Shown: positions 32,958 to 44,828, counted from the first letter of the stretch. The stretch is 64,000 bases of DNA from Candidatus Bathyarchaeota archaeon (GCA_963811105.1 CAWEPZ010000002.1:512001-576000); one strand, 5' to 3'. Translations and numbers: made by a program. The notes: a model not told the origin generated them from the letters alone.

Positions 32958-34934
32958 ATGGAAGCCCGCCTGGACATAAAAGGAGAAAACCAAGCACCCC
33001 TCGGGAGCAGGAACTTGGTTTTCGCCTTGGCCGGCAATGCCAATGTGGGCAAAAGCGTATTGTTTAATCACCTGACAGGGTCTAGTCAAATCATCGGTAA
33101 CTGGCCTGGAAAAACCATAGAAAGGGCACAAGGCACACTTGAGTTTGAAGGCCAGAAAATCATAGTCGTAGATTTGCCCGGAATCTATTCGTTCTCCACT
33201 TTTTCGATGGAAGAAATTGTATCACGCGAATACATAGCTCTTGAGCATCCTGATGTTGTCATTAACGTTGTAGATGCCGCTATTCTTGAGCGCAACTTGT
33301 TTTTTACCATTCAATTAATGGAGATGGAAATCCCGCTCGTTTTATGCCTCAACCAGTTAGATGCAGCCAAAAAGAAAGGCATAACTATCGACTTGAAGAA
33401 GTTAGAACAAACTTTAGGCGTACCAGTTGTTCCCACAGTGGCCATAAGAGGAGAAGGAATTTACGAACTCACCAAAAAAGCAGTTGAAATGGCCAAGCGA
33501 AAAGGTTCCAAGAAACCAAAACCAGTTACATACGGGAGCGAAATAGAAGAAAAAATACAAAAGCTCACCTCATTAATTCAATCAAAAAAGATAGCCCCCC
33601 AATACCCGCCTCGATGGGTAGCAGTCAAACTCCTAGAGAACGATCCGGAAATCAAAAAACTCGCAAGCTCCAAATCCCAAGATATTTTGCGTGAAGTGGA
33701 TGCTGCTGGGGAAGAGATTTTTCAGATCCACAAAGAACAAGCCTTCGCTGTAATAGCCTCTGAAAGGTACGCTCTTGCAAGCAAGATTGCCAATGAAACC
33801 CAGAAACAGGCAATCATGAAAACTACACTTTCAGATAAGCTGGAATGGGTTACTACTCATCGAGTGCTCGGGTATTTTACTTCGGTTGGTGTGATAGCGG
33901 GTTTGCTCTTGTGGACCTTTACTATTGGGAACCTACTTTCGACGCTCCTTTCAGATGCATTGAAAATAATTTCACCAGTAAATCCAGCCTTGAACGGTTC
34001 TATTTGGGGGGTTCTTTGGAATGGAATTTTCGGTGGCATAGTAGCAGGCATCACGCTAATCATCCCTTACGTAATACCGTTTTATCTGATGCTTTCAATG
34101 ATTGAGGATTCAGGCGTCCTTACCAGAGTAGCATTCATGATGGACAGCGCCATGCACAAAATAGGCTTGCATGGAAAAGCCCTCATCCCACTTATACTAG
34201 GTTTTGGATGCAACGTTCCAGCCATACGTTCTTGTCGAATAATGGAAACCAAACGCGAACGTCTACTCGCCGCTTTCGCCATCACATTTGCCCCATGCGC
34301 GGCCAGAACAATCCTCATACTAGGGCTGGTTGCAGCGTTCTTGGGTCCAGTCTGGGCGCTTGCACTCTATGCAATAGACATCGCAATCATATTCATTATG
34401 GGTAGAGTGGCGCTAAAAGTCGTGCCAGGGCAGTCAACAGGATTGATAATGGAGATGCATTCTTTCAAAGTTCCATCCCTCTCAGTTATAGGTAAACAGA
34501 CTTGGGTGCGAACAAAATCTCTCATCTACATTGTGTTCCCTATTTACATTGTTGGAAGCGCGCTTATCCAGGTGTTTTATGCGCTAGGTGTTCTTGAACC
34601 AGTAAGCAGTGCCATTTCACCGCTGACTGTTGGCTGGCTGGGATTGCCAGTTACTGTGGGGATATTGCTCTTGTTTGGGATCGTGAGAAAAGAATTTATA
34701 TTGCTAGGGGCAGTTGCCATTTTCGGTTCAACAAACCTTCTGCTGTTCCTTACACCTGTTCAGCTCATAACGCTGGCTTTGGTAGGCATTCTTTATTTGC
34801 CTTGTCTTTCCACAATATCGGTTCTAGCAAAGGATTTCGGCTGGAAAGCCGCCGTTACAATTTCCCTAGCAAATTTTGCCACTGCCCTAATCGTAGGAGG
34901 ATTGGCGTTCAGAATTCTTTCTCTTCTAATGTAG
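32958..34934 (+). CDS. feoB: Ferrous iron transporter B
   Basis: [37 protein letters not shown]. Confidence 0.96.
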   Translation: MEARLDIKGENQAPLGSRNLVFALAGNANVGKSVLFNHLTGSSQIIGNWPGKTIERAQGTLEFEGQKIIVVDLPGIYSFSTFSMEEIVSREYIALEHPDVVINVVDAAILERNLFFTIQLMEMEIPLVLCLNQLDAAKKKGITIDLKKLEQTLGVPVVPTVAIRGEGIYELTKKAVEMAKRKGSKKPKPVTYGSEIEEKIQKLTSLIQSKKIAPQYPPRWVAVKLLENDPEIKKLASSKSQDILREVDAAGEEIFQIHKEQAFAVIASERYALASKIANETQKQAIMKTTLSDKLEWVTTHRVLGYFTSVGVIAGLLLWTFTIGNLLSTLLSDALKIISPVNPALNGSIWGVLWNGIFGGIVAGITLIIPYVIPFYLMLSMIEDSGVLTRVAFMMDSAMHKIGLHGKALIPLILGFGCNVPAIRSCRIMETKRERLLAAFAITFAPCAARTILILGLVAAFLGPVWALALYAIDIAIIFIMGRVALKVVPGQSTGLIMEMHSFKVPSLSVIGKQTWVRTKSLIYIVFPIYIVGSALIQVFYALGVLEPVSSAISPLTVGWLGLPVTVGILLLFGIVRKEFILLGAVAIFGSTNLLLFLTPVQLITLALVGILYLPCLSTISVLAKDFGWKAAVTISLANFATALIVGGLAFRILSLLM

Positions 34935-34945
34935 CGCGTGTTGTG

Positions 34946-35380
34946 TTAGAGTGGACTTGGTTTTTGTCTAGTATATATTTCTATCACGTAGTTGTCTGGG
35001 TCGCAGAATGACACTGCGTGGTAACCTGGCTCAAATTGAGGATGCTCTTCACATGGAAAGAGGGGTTCGAATCCGTTCTTCTTCATTTCTTCCTCGATCT
35101 CATAGACAGTTTTCTTGTCTTGAACGAGTACTGCCAAATGGTCAGTGACGACGAACTCTTCTCCAGTCGGAGCTTTCCGCTTAACTCTTGATTCATTCAA
35201 CTCTCCCAACCATATTGAGAAATTCTGGTTGGAGAATCCTACTCCATCTTCATTGTCTATAATAACCTTGAAGCCAAGTCCTTCAAGCAGAGTCTTATAA
35301 AACTTCTTTGAATTACTCAAATTCGAAGCTTCAATTCCCACGTGACCAACTATCGCGCCAGCTTGCTTGTCTGAAATCAT
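34946..35380 (-). CDS. VOC/glyoxalase-family protein
   Basis: GHVGI, KFY..LL..LGF, DHLAV and F.DPD...IE motifs. Confidence 0.85.
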   Translation of the reverse strand: MISDKQAGAIVGHVGIEASNLSNSKKFYKTLLEGLGFKVIIDNEDGVGFSNQNFSIWLGELNESRVKRKAPTGEEFVVTDHLAVLVQDKKTVYEIEEEMKKNGFEPLFPCEEHPQFEPGYHAVSFCDPDNYVIEIYTRQKPSPL

Positions 35381-35635
35381 ATCATCATACCAAGACTTCT
35401 TTTCTTCTTTCTCAGATAAATATTCTTCTCATAGTCAGTAGATGGAAAAGTAGTTTTAGGTTTTGATGTTTTGTTAGTTTTCTAATTCGGGCACACATGA
35501 AAAGGTGCCACTCTGAGCAAGGTGTTTCATTGAGCAGTTTTATATTTTCAAGATCACTGTACAAAAGAATTTGGCGGAGTTTAAGGTCTGATCTACCCGG
35601 ATCGGTTCTTCGAATGCATCCAAGAATGCTTAGTG

Positions 35636-35808
35636 TCAAGGTGGCCCTAACCCGCCAATAACAAAGTCTTCAAAGTGCACAGCCAACCTAGTCAGCTTCA
35701 ACAGCGGCTTAACAAAACAACTTTTTAACACTCTGCAAAGCAGCAAGTTAGCGTAGTTCCAAACATTATAGAAAAGCACCCAAGCCAAATGGTAAAGCAA
35801 CCTAAATT
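35636..35808 (-). pseudogene. C-terminal remnant of a transposase (ISH3/IS4-like)
   Basis: RLLYHLAWVLFYNVWNYANLLL...GGLGPP-stop resembles the RLxY...YNxW tail of DDE transposases. Confidence 0.45.
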
Positions 35809-35967
35809 TTTGTTAGGAATAAGATCAAAAAATATGATGTTAGACAATAACTACTCTTCGCAACTAAAAGAAAATACTAGAATAATCAATGAAATCAGAA
35901 GCAGTCTTAGCCGAAAACGCAGCCATCAGTCAAAACACGAAATCGCCTGAGTTACAAATTGCGGAAT

Positions 35968-37092
35968 TTATCTTAGTCTCGTGCTATGTTTTCTAATAAC
36001 AAACGCCACGGCAACCGCTACAATAACAACTACAACTATTACTATCGCGATGTACAATGCTGATGAAGTTGGTGAAGACGGCAAATGTTCTCCATAGCCT
36101 GACGGAAAATACTGCTCATTTGCAGCAGTAGTGCCGGCTTGAGGGTTAGGAAAATTGTCCGTGCCGCCTAAAGCATATAGAGTGTCATTTACAACCGCTA
36201 CAGACAAGGCTCCACGAGTAGTTGGCATTGAAGCGCCAATGGTCCAGCTGTTCGATTGCGGATCATAAATCCGGTTTGTTGTGTTAACGGCATTAATTCC
36301 ATCGGACGTCCCGCCTAAAACATAGAGCCGTGCAGGCGCAACAACTCCGTTGGTTGAAGCCGCAGCTGCCCATACAAGAGGAGCAGGAAGAGGCTCACCT
36401 AAAGTCCACACGTTAGTGTTAGTATCATAAATCTGATTTAGGTCACTTATCTTCGGTCCGCTTTGTCCTCCACCCTCCACGTATATCTTGTTGTTGACAA
36501 CTGCCGAAGCATACAGACCGACAGGGTAAGGAATAGGCGCTGCCGCACTCCAAGAATCCTTAGATGGATCATAGACCTCGGTAGCGTTTGAAATATCGCC
36601 GTTGGGAAGTGTGCCGCCTATGAGGTAGATTTTGCCATTCACCACGTTAGCTTGCATTTCCGCTCGGGCCGTAGGCATGGGTGCTCGATTCTTCCAGGTG
36701 TCTGTTGCTGGATTAAACACTTCATTTTTTTGAGTACAATTGATTGGGTATCCAGATGTTGGGTTGAAGCCGCTGCATCCGCCAAAGACGTAGATCATGT
36801 TTTGGTAAGTGGCAGATGCAAAACCATATTGCACGGTTGGCATTGAACTTTTGGTTGCCCATGTGTCGGTGGACGGATCATATAAATAAGTGGAATTAGG
36901 GACGATAACGTATATTTCTCCTTCCACCGTTACTGCTCCGGCATATGCAGATGCTGTTGGCATAGGCGCTTTTTCAACCCAGAAATCACCCGCGGCTTTA
37001 GCAGGCTGCATTGAAACGGTAGGTAACAACACAAGGACCACAACAATCAGCGCAGACAACAGCGCCTTTTTGTTAGTTAACGAAAACCACAA
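35968..37092 (-). CDS. Secreted, membrane-anchored Kelch-repeat protein
   Basis: Signal peptide, about 6 repeats of IYxxGG...YDP..xxW...pMPT.R, C-terminal TM. Confidence 0.9.
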   Translation of the reverse strand: MWFSLTNKKALLSALIVVVLVLLPTVSMQPAKAAGDFWVEKAPMPTASAYAGAVTVEGEIYVIVPNSTYLYDPSTDTWATKSSMPTVQYGFASATYQNMIYVFGGCSGFNPTSGYPINCTQKNEVFNPATDTWKNRAPMPTARAEMQANVVNGKIYLIGGTLPNGDISNATEVYDPSKDSWSAAAPIPYPVGLYASAVVNNKIYVEGGGQSGPKISDLNQIYDTNTNVWTLGEPLPAPLVWAAAASTNGVVAPARLYVLGGTSDGINAVNTTNRIYDPQSNSWTIGASMPTTRGALSVAVVNDTLYALGGTDNFPNPQAGTTAANEQYFPSGYGEHLPSSPTSSALYIAIVIVVVVIVAVAVAFVIRKHSTRLR

Positions 37093-37920
37093 TTACGCTA
37101 ACGCCTCTTTTCCTACGTATAATACAATATGCAAGTCTATATTAGCTCTCTTCTGTTGTAGTGTGCCGGCAGCAAAAACTAAAAAGCCAACCACACATAT
37201 TAAAAATTACAATACTGAACAGTTTGTGAGAGATGTTTATGGCAACTTACAATGAGATTCAACTCTATGTTGAAAGCACGTATAGCTTTGCACCGCAAAC
37301 TGCTTGGATTGCTGAAATCAAAGAGCTCTCTCATATCCTTCGTAGTAGCCATTGGACCTATTTTTTTTACCAAAACTTTCATGCTGTTTGGCCAAATAAC
37401 CATGCAGTTAAGGGTCCATTCCGTCCGCTCCCCATAGCAATACTATCAAGAAAATAGTTAGTAGCCCTTAATCATGGCCGCCTCTAAAATACGAGCCATC
37501 ACCCTTCTATCGCAATTTACTTTTTGAATTGTTGGTTTGATTACATTTTAATCCAAACTCGATCGAAAAAACAAAATCTTTGTTGTTTTAAGGTTAGCAA
37601 AGTAAAGTAATGCTAAGTCACGCTTAGGCAACCGAAGTCCACAAATGGCGGCAGAACTTACTTCTTTTCGTGAACTAATATGTAAAATTCAAAGTCCCCT
37701 CTCTAGCAGCGTATTATTCGCGGATAGTTCGTGTCTTGGGCTTAACCAACTTAAAACACTCTGTATCCAGAGAAACAGATAGGATTCAATAGCCGTGTTT
37801 TTTTTGTTGAAAGATTCCCTTTAGAATGTTGTCAATGTGTTTCTTGTGCTTTAGTCGTCGATACTAAGTATTCTGGAACGGTTATCCCGTCTTTTTTATT
37901 TTTCTCACGGAAAAGAAATT

Positions 37921-38307
37921 CTAGCAGTATCCACCGTTGGCTGATGGCAGCAGTTTATATTCTATTTTTTCCATAATCATTTTGGTTAAGAAACTGCATA
38001 AATGCTGTAGGTCTTCCGTTCTTGCGCCCAACATCGAGTCTGAGTGCCAGATTACCTCTTTGACTAAGCTGCCGTTTTGAATCCTAAGATAGTAATCGGA
38101 TCGCGGAGTTACTACCCCCATTGACGGGAAGGTTTCTGGGTAGTCAAAAAAGCGTATGTCAGAAAGCCTCTTTTGTATCTGGCTCAGTTCTTCCTGCGAC
38201 AAGATCAGCCTTGTTGTGATCGTTCCGTCAATAATCAAGTCTTTTGTGAACGTGCCATTGAAGGTGTTTAATTCGTTTCTTGCTCCGACGCCAAATTTGA
38301 AAACAAC
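37921..38307 (-). pseudogene. 5'-truncated hypothetical protein
   Basis: The frame extends upstream as NVVFKFGVGARNELNTFNGTFTKDL and abuts the truncated cas1 head-to-head. Confidence 0.45.
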
Positions 38308-38976
38308 GTTCTCAAGAAATACAATTTTGAAACATCAAGAAACCTCTTTGGCATTAGTCAAATTGACAATGTTAAATTTGAAAACCTGATGGTTACAAGA
38401 CGAAAATTAATGGCGATAGAAGCTCACAACTCAAAAGGCTACTTCTCGCAAATCTTTAGCATATTCCCAGAAAAGCTAAGACCTCAAACAAGAGAAACTT
38501 TCAACGCTTACGATGGATTGAATAATGTTTTCAATTTTGCTTATTACATTCTAGAATGCAGAGTCCACAAGGCTTTATTGAAAGCTAAGCTTGAGCCATA
38601 CTTGGGTTTTCTACATTCGGTTCAACATGGCAAACCCAGTTTAGTATGTGACTTTCAGGAACTCTATCGCTATTTGATTGATGAATACTTGATTGAACGC
38701 TCTCACAAATTACGTAAGAAAGACTTTGTTCTTGTAACCGATTTTATGATGCATCTAAAGATGGGGAAAAAGATTCATCTTTGCGAGTTTGAAGCTGACA
38801 GTCTTGCTGAAGGTTTGAATAGTCTTTTTGAACGCAATGTTGAGGTTGCACGAATCAAACATGGAGATAGGCAGACGATTGATACATTGATAGGTGAAGA
38901 GACTCTGCTGTTTGCGAAGTATCTAAGAGACGAGCGAAAGAATGGGTTCCAAGATTACCACAAATATAGACCTTAA
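38305..38976 (+). pseudogene. cas1: Solo Cas1 (casposase-like), C-terminal catalytic half only
   Basis: MAIEA...YF, NNVFNFAY..L, LEPYLGFLH and SLVCDFQELYR carry the catalytic E/H/E. The N-terminal beta domain is missing. No cas2 or array is in the window. Confidence 0.8.
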
Positions 38977-39100
38977 AACTTCTTTGCCAACCTGTGCGAG
39001 TAACTTTTATAAAGATACCAACGGGCATAAATGTTTAAGTTAGCAATAGCGCGCTAGACTAATATAATTCAGTGAAATCGATGAAAGGAGATATCAGATA

Positions 39101-40219
39101 ATGGTCTTTTTCGCTAATTTAACTCCTGAGCAGATTAAACAACTAACAGTTGCAATAAATAGACCCGAAGGGAGTTTCGTATTTGATGTAGTCTATGATT
39201 CAAAGCTTTTTGATAAAAATATGGATAAATTGATACTTTTAGATTTCCCATCAGGAAAATTGGTCTTCAGATTAGTAAGGGAAAGTAACTTAGATGTTAC
39301 TTTCATTTATTCTTCACCTAGTACTGGAACTAGAATAGCAACCGTCAATATAGAATCGTTAAAATTAGAAAAAAAATTCAAGATAATATTCACCTGGTCT
39401 CCTGAGAATATCAGTCTAGCTTTTGGTGTTATGGGAAAAAAGCCCTTTATGAGTGAGGGATGGCAAAAAGCTGATTATGACCTTATGGTTGATAAAAATG
39501 GACAAGTCGTTCAAGTTGGAGATAAAGGTATTGATATATCGGGTGTTTTTTTTGTACAAAATGGAAAAACGGTCTTAGAAAGCACGGCAATCAAAACATG
39601 GGATGAAACACTAAATGCCATTAAAGTTTTGCAAAAAGGTACTTCTCCTGATGGTTACTTGTTTGAGTCAATACTGTCTAATCAGTTAATCAGTTTACTT
39701 TGCACTAGCTTGGAGATTTATTGCAGAAAACGGTTTATAGAGTTAATAGGCGAGGGAATTAAGCCAGAATATCGCGAGCTTGAAAAAGTCTTTCTGACTA
39801 ATTTTGAAAAAAATCAAGGGATGATGAAAAGTTATTCAGAGGAAGCCCAAAAGAATGGAGAAACAATTGCCGAGCAGTTGATAAAAAACCGAAAAATAGA
39901 CTTTGGCAATTATCAAGACCTCAAAGATGCATACTCTAAAGGTTATGGTCTTAAATTTCCAGATGATGTTGGGGTTGACGGAAAGACAATTAACTCAATT
40001 ATTGAGTTCATAGGTTATCGCCATCGAATTATCCATGTCGCCCCATGTAACCCTTTCTTGAACCAAATAGAGGTTCCCCCGAAGAAACCTGTTTTCGCTA
40101 ACAAAGCGACAGTTGATTTAGCGGTTAAGAACTTCGATGCGTTTATCAGGGGTCTTCATGCTGCAACATTAGAACTTAGACCAAAAGATGCCTCATCACC
40201 CAATGTAACGCGGCTATAG
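39101..40219 (+). CDS. Hypothetical protein, beta-rich N-terminus plus C-terminal HEPN-like domain
   Basis: 372-aa AT-rich ORF; LCTSLEIY helix and YRHRIIH (RxxxxH). Confidence 0.55.
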   Translation: MVFFANLTPEQIKQLTVAINRPEGSFVFDVVYDSKLFDKNMDKLILLDFPSGKLVFRLVRESNLDVTFIYSSPSTGTRIATVNIESLKLEKKFKIIFTWSPENISLAFGVMGKKPFMSEGWQKADYDLMVDKNGQVVQVGDKGIDISGVFFVQNGKTVLESTAIKTWDETLNAIKVLQKGTSPDGYLFESILSNQLISLLCTSLEIYCRKRFIELIGEGIKPEYRELEKVFLTNFEKNQGMMKSYSEEAQKNGETIAEQLIKNRKIDFGNYQDLKDAYSKGYGLKFPDDVGVDGKTINSIIEFIGYRHRIIHVAPCNPFLNQIEVPPKKPVFANKATVDLAVKNFDAFIRGLHAATLELRPKDASSPNVTRL

Positions 40220-40588
40220 CTCGCGCTAATAATCACAAAATGCATAGAACACAGATAAGCGCAAGGTCAAAGGGGTAAAATCTGTTCTTGTGTGTGTTTT
40301 TCTGGCAATTGTCTAATGGATTGAGAGTCAGTGTGGCAGATATATTGACAGAATGTCAGTGAGACTGACTGAGAGTGTCTGACAGGAAGACAGAGGTTGA
40401 CTGGCAGACAGAGTGACAGGGTACGCGCGCGTGTGTGCGCGGGTGGGAGTACGTTTGAGAGAGAGAAAGAATAGATTTTAATTAAAAAAAATTAACGACT
40501 GAGGTGCTCATAGTCAAAAGTAATATTCAATCTACAATACTCTCTTTTTTGGATTAAAATTTGATTAAAAAAGGGAAGGGTTGGATTG

Positions 40589-40993
40589 TTAAGTTGTGCC
40601 TGTGGTGGTGTCTTCTTTGAATTGTATTTTGATGCCGCCAATTCTGGGTGCGAGGAAGTTGTAGACTACTGCAACGATTAAGCCTTGGATCAATCCGCCG
40701 ATGAATGCCATTATTGGGACTATTATGATTGCAGCAACACCAAAGATGAGACCGAAAAAGCCAGGAATAGCAGTTGTAGTGCCTGTTGTTGAGGGAAGAT
40801 TATTTAGGATTGAGGAAAATATTGCTCCAAAGATTGCTGCGTAAAAGATGCCGACAATTAGTCCTATTACTGCCCCGATACACGCTAGCATTAATGCAAA
40901 GGGCATGACGGGGATTTTTTGTATTGTTTTTTCTATTGCCATAGATCTAACCTTCTTAACAGTTTGTCGGTGTCCAAATTTAAGATTTGGCAT
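40589..40993 (-). CDS. Small membrane protein (DUF3566-like); probable start at MAIEKT
   Basis: Two long hydrophobic segments ending in VYNFLAPRIGGIKI. Confidence 0.6.
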   Translation of the reverse strand: MPNLKFGHRQTVKKVRSMAIEKTIQKIPVMPFALMLACIGAVIGLIVGIFYAAIFGAIFSSILNNLPSTTGTTTAIPGFFGLIFGVAAIIIVPIMAFIGGLIQGLIVAVVYNFLAPRIGGIKIQFKEDTTTGTT

Positions 40994-41132
40994 TTATCTG
41001 ATCTATTGTTCGGTAAAGCTTCGTTATTTCTTTGCCAAGTTTCTTAATCAAGATAATGCATATCAAACGCTAAGTGTCTATGTTGGCGCTTACGATCCGT
41101 AACTATTCTGATAAGCGGCTCCGAATGCTTCT

Positions 41133-41739
41133 TTGCCTCACCCACGCCTTACTAAAAGCGAACAAGGCATAAAACCTAAATGTGGAAAAAAGGTTTTAAA
41201 TCCTGAAAAAACATTGATAAACATTGTTTTCTCAGCTGTTATCAGCTTGGATTCAAGCTTTGGTTATCTGCCCTCTAAAGCTGAAGATTTGAAAAGCTTT
41301 CACGAAATCTCACGGATTTTAGCAACTAACGGAATTTGCTTATTTGACTTTTTCAATGAACCTTATCTTGACGAGCACCAATCAGCCTGGCTAAGCTTTA
41401 AAATCTCAGAGATCTATTTTAAATTTCAACATTTCCGAGAAATTTACTCGCTTGTTTCAGTGGAGAGAATATTCAACCTTCTATCTGCACGAAAAAAATA
41501 GGGCAAACAGCCAAAGACAGATCTGGAGTTTGTTTTGGGTTTTTTGCGATAAGAAAAATGGGGTTATAAGAACATTTTATCACTTTCTACTACTATATAA
41601 CTTGCTTCAGATTCGAACGTTAATGCAAAAAGCAGGGCTACAAGTAACCGCAACCTTTGGCAATTTTAATGGCGACAACTATAACAGAGATTCTAGAAGG
41701 TTAATCCTAAAGGCATGCAAGGTCTTACCGTTCGTATAA
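41133..41739 (+). pseudogene. Degraded SAM-dependent methyltransferase
   Basis: FSAVISLDSSFGY...ISRIL...GICLFD and LMQKAGLQV..TFGNF.G..Y..DSRRLI lie in different frames. Confidence 0.55.
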
Positions 41740-42122
41740 GTACAGTATACATGAACCTGTAGCGCCTAACGAGTGTAACATCACGTAAACACATATGCTT
41801 AAACCATTTAAAACTCTTAATTGTTGTTTGCCAAATCATTTGAATCTTCAAATCATGTGATAGCTTTATGTGATTGTGTACAAGCACCAACTCTGCCCAC
41901 GGACAGCAAAAATGTCTTTCACACAAACCAAACCCACACCCCTCTGTCACAAACACCTCTCCGAAGTGAATCAGGCAGAATAGATTAACTCACAAAGAGA
42001 GTGGCGAGTAATAATTTGGCAATACTCATCCATTCAAGAACCTTGAAGAGTTTACTCTAACTTTTTCTTAAAGCATGAGTTCCACGTGCAGTACAATTTC
42101 TCGCCGTTAACCTTAACTTAGA

Positions 42123-43553
42123 ATGTGCAGTATTCTAGGTTCAACGAGAAGATGTTTTTTGAAGAAAACAAAGATTGTATGCACTTTAGGTCCCGCTAGC
42201 TCTTCAAGGCAAGTGATTGAAAAAATGTTCCACGCTGGCATGAACGGCGTAAGGATAAACACCGCTTATGGAAATCTCGCTCAATACAAATCCGTTATTG
42301 AAACAGTGCGTGAAGTTGCGGATATCCCAATTATAATTGATGTTAAGGGGCCAGAAATCAGAATCAGGGCAGCTCAAAAAAGGGTCTTTAGTAAAGGAGA
42401 CATTTTGGAAATAGGCTTCGACGGGGAAGAAATAAGTTTCAATCATGATTTCTATGACGAAATGAGCGTTGAAGACGAGGTCTACTTTGACAATGGAAAA
42501 ATTAGAACTCAGTTAGTTGAAAAGAAAGATGGAAAACTTCGTCTTCTGACCCTGAACAGCGGTTCCATTGAAGACGGGAAAGGCGTTAACATCCCAAACA
42601 ATCATCTTCCAGTTCCAACTTTCACCGAGAAGGATCTTGAAATAATAAGGTTTGCAAAGAAGCATGACGTCGAATACATCGCGCTTTCCTTCACAAGAAA
42701 TGTAGAAGACGTAAGGAACCTGTCTCAAATCAATGGGTTTGAAGGTGGAATAATCGCCAAGATTGAGAACTCGGAGGGTGTTCAAAACGTTGAAGATATC
42801 TTAGAAGCCGCCAGCGGATTAATGGTTGCAAGAGGCGATTTAGCAGTTGAAATTGAACCTGAAAAAGTGCCTTTGGTTCAGAAAGCCCTGATCAAATTAT
42901 GCAATCAGAAGGGCAAGCTTGTTGTTACGGCAACAGAGATGCTTGAATCGATGATTAATCAACCTAACCCAACCAGGGCAGAAGTCAGTGATGTTGCAAA
43001 CGCTATTCTCGATGGGTCAGACGCGGTTATGCTTTCTGGAGAAACAGCGATGGGTCAGTATCCTGTGGAGTCGGTTGAGATGATGACTCGCATAGCCAAT
43101 GAGACAGAGAAAGCGGTCAGGAGCAAAGTTGAAGATACGTCTTTTATCAACATCTCGGACACGATAAGCAGGGCAATCAAAGATATATGTCAATGCATGC
43201 CGATTCACAAGGTTATAACTTTGACGCGATCAGGCTATACAGCCCGAATGATCGCTCGATTCAAAATTGGACAGCCAATAATTTCTGTCACTCCTGAAAT
43301 CAAAGTCAAAAAACAACTAGAACTAATATTTGGCGTATACCCTATTCTGATTAACTACCGTGAAGAAAAAGACAGATTATTGGCAGTCACAAACAAACTC
43401 CATGAGATGCATTTGGTTGATGATAAAGAGACTGTCTTGTTCACTGAGGGTGTGAGAACCGCTATGGAGCACGCCAGCAACTCAATAGAAATACATAACA
43501 TAAAAGAGTTAAGAGAACTTGCGGCATCCTCCGCGCTTACGACATTTTGGTGA
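42123..43553 (+). CDS. pyk: Pyruvate kinase
   Basis: KTKIVCTLGPAS, IIAKIE, MVARGDL, ATEMLESM, PTRAEVSDVANA. Confidence 0.97.
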   Translation: MCSILGSTRRCFLKKTKIVCTLGPASSSRQVIEKMFHAGMNGVRINTAYGNLAQYKSVIETVREVADIPIIIDVKGPEIRIRAAQKRVFSKGDILEIGFDGEEISFNHDFYDEMSVEDEVYFDNGKIRTQLVEKKDGKLRLLTLNSGSIEDGKGVNIPNNHLPVPTFTEKDLEIIRFAKKHDVEYIALSFTRNVEDVRNLSQINGFEGGIIAKIENSEGVQNVEDILEAASGLMVARGDLAVEIEPEKVPLVQKALIKLCNQKGKLVVTATEMLESMINQPNPTRAEVSDVANAILDGSDAVMLSGETAMGQYPVESVEMMTRIANETEKAVRSKVEDTSFINISDTISRAIKDICQCMPIHKVITLTRSGYTARMIARFKIGQPIISVTPEIKVKKQLELIFGVYPILINYREEKDRLLAVTNKLHEMHLVDDKETVLFTEGVRTAMEHASNSIEIHNIKELRELAASSALTTFW

Positions 43554-43562
43554 AACCAGAAT

Positions 43563-44252
43563 ATGATCTGTAATCTGTTCGTTTTTAGACACGCGGAGAC
43601 TACCGATAACAGCAACCAAATATTCTCAGGCTGGCGTGACCCAGACTTAACTCCAAAAGGACTTTTACAGGCACAAGAAATAGCTCAACAGCTTAAACAG
43701 GAAAAAATTGATTATGCATTCACATCACACCTTTTGAGAGCCAAAAAAACCCTTGAAATTGTCCTAAAACCGCACCTCAACATTCCTGTTTTCATAGACG
43801 ACCGCCTGATAGAACGGTGCTATGGTACGTTGCAGGGCAAAAGCAAAATCGAGATTACAGCCGAAAAACCTGAGTGGTTTGCCAAAGTCCATCGAGACTA
43901 CGATTTTCCCCCTCCTGAGGGTGAAAGCCTTAAAATGGTTGAAAGCCGCACCTTGCCCTTTATTGTGCAGCTTGAAAGTTGGCTTCGACAGAAGCCTGGT
44001 AATGTAGCTATCTCTTGCCATGGCAACTCAATGCGTCCAATTAGGAGAGTCTTTGAACACTTAAGCCTTAAACAGATGCTTCAGCTTGAGAACCCTCAGG
44101 ACCAAGCAATGGAATATGCTCTTCACATACATCGTGTTAATGTTGACGAAATTGAGGAATGCAGACTCGAAAAGGATTGGAACAACATTGTGGTTCCCTC
44201 ATCTGTAAAGTTGGCGACGGACCCAAGAAACCCACTGAAGCAATACTATTAA
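43563..44252 (+). CDS. gpmA: Histidine phosphatase, 2,3-BPG-dependent phosphoglycerate mutase-like
   Basis: RHAET..N..FSGW.D, ERCYG.LQG, PPPEGESL, CHGNSMR; directly follows pyk. Confidence 0.8.
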   Translation: MICNLFVFRHAETTDNSNQIFSGWRDPDLTPKGLLQAQEIAQQLKQEKIDYAFTSHLLRAKKTLEIVLKPHLNIPVFIDDRLIERCYGTLQGKSKIEITAEKPEWFAKVHRDYDFPPPEGESLKMVESRTLPFIVQLESWLRQKPGNVAISCHGNSMRPIRRVFEHLSLKQMLQLENPQDQAMEYALHIHRVNVDEIEECRLEKDWNNIVVPSSVKLATDPRNPLKQYY

Positions 44253-44828
44253 ATCCGAACAAAGGCACCCTCTGCCTCAGAATTAGTACAACCTTAAAAA
44301 CCCACAAAATAGGTAACTTTTTTTCATCTTCCTTTTTGCATGGCATTAATCCGAAGCGCTTAGGTCATCAAAAGCATCTTTGGTGAATCCCTGTGGATCT
44401 GCAATAAAAAATCTAACGCGCACTTAGACTGCAGGACTAATCAAAAATAATTTAGATTAATTCTTCTTAGTTTCTCCCCAAATTTCTATTGTGAAGCCAG
44501 TTAATGCCCAGTGCCAACCTCGTTTCTCAGAAATTAGCAGACATAGTTGTTACCTCCGTTTCCAATCTTGACCGTTTCCTTACTCTTTGCGCCAACTAAA
44601 CCGAAAACTTCAGTAAGCAACCCAACAAGCCGCTCATTAACAGTAACCAAACCATTAACCGTTTGAATCAAAACATCAACTTTCTGAGCCAACTCAACAA
44701 AAAGCTCCGGATTCTGCGAGTATTCTCATGTCGTCGAGGTCTGCTTCGCGTTCGGTTAGTGCTGCAAATAAAATCAGAGCGCACTACTACTTCTCCTAAT
44801 CGTTACAGCGAGAAAGAGGTAGATAAAA

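Noticed and set aside
37233-37457. Short ORF containing ATYNEIQLYV...TAWIAEIKEL
   Set aside because: It looks like a gene fragment fused to unrelated sequence, and no function can be supported.
37500-40500. CRISPR array or cas operon near cas1
   Set aside because: No regularly spaced repeats and no other cas genes are visible anywhere in the window.
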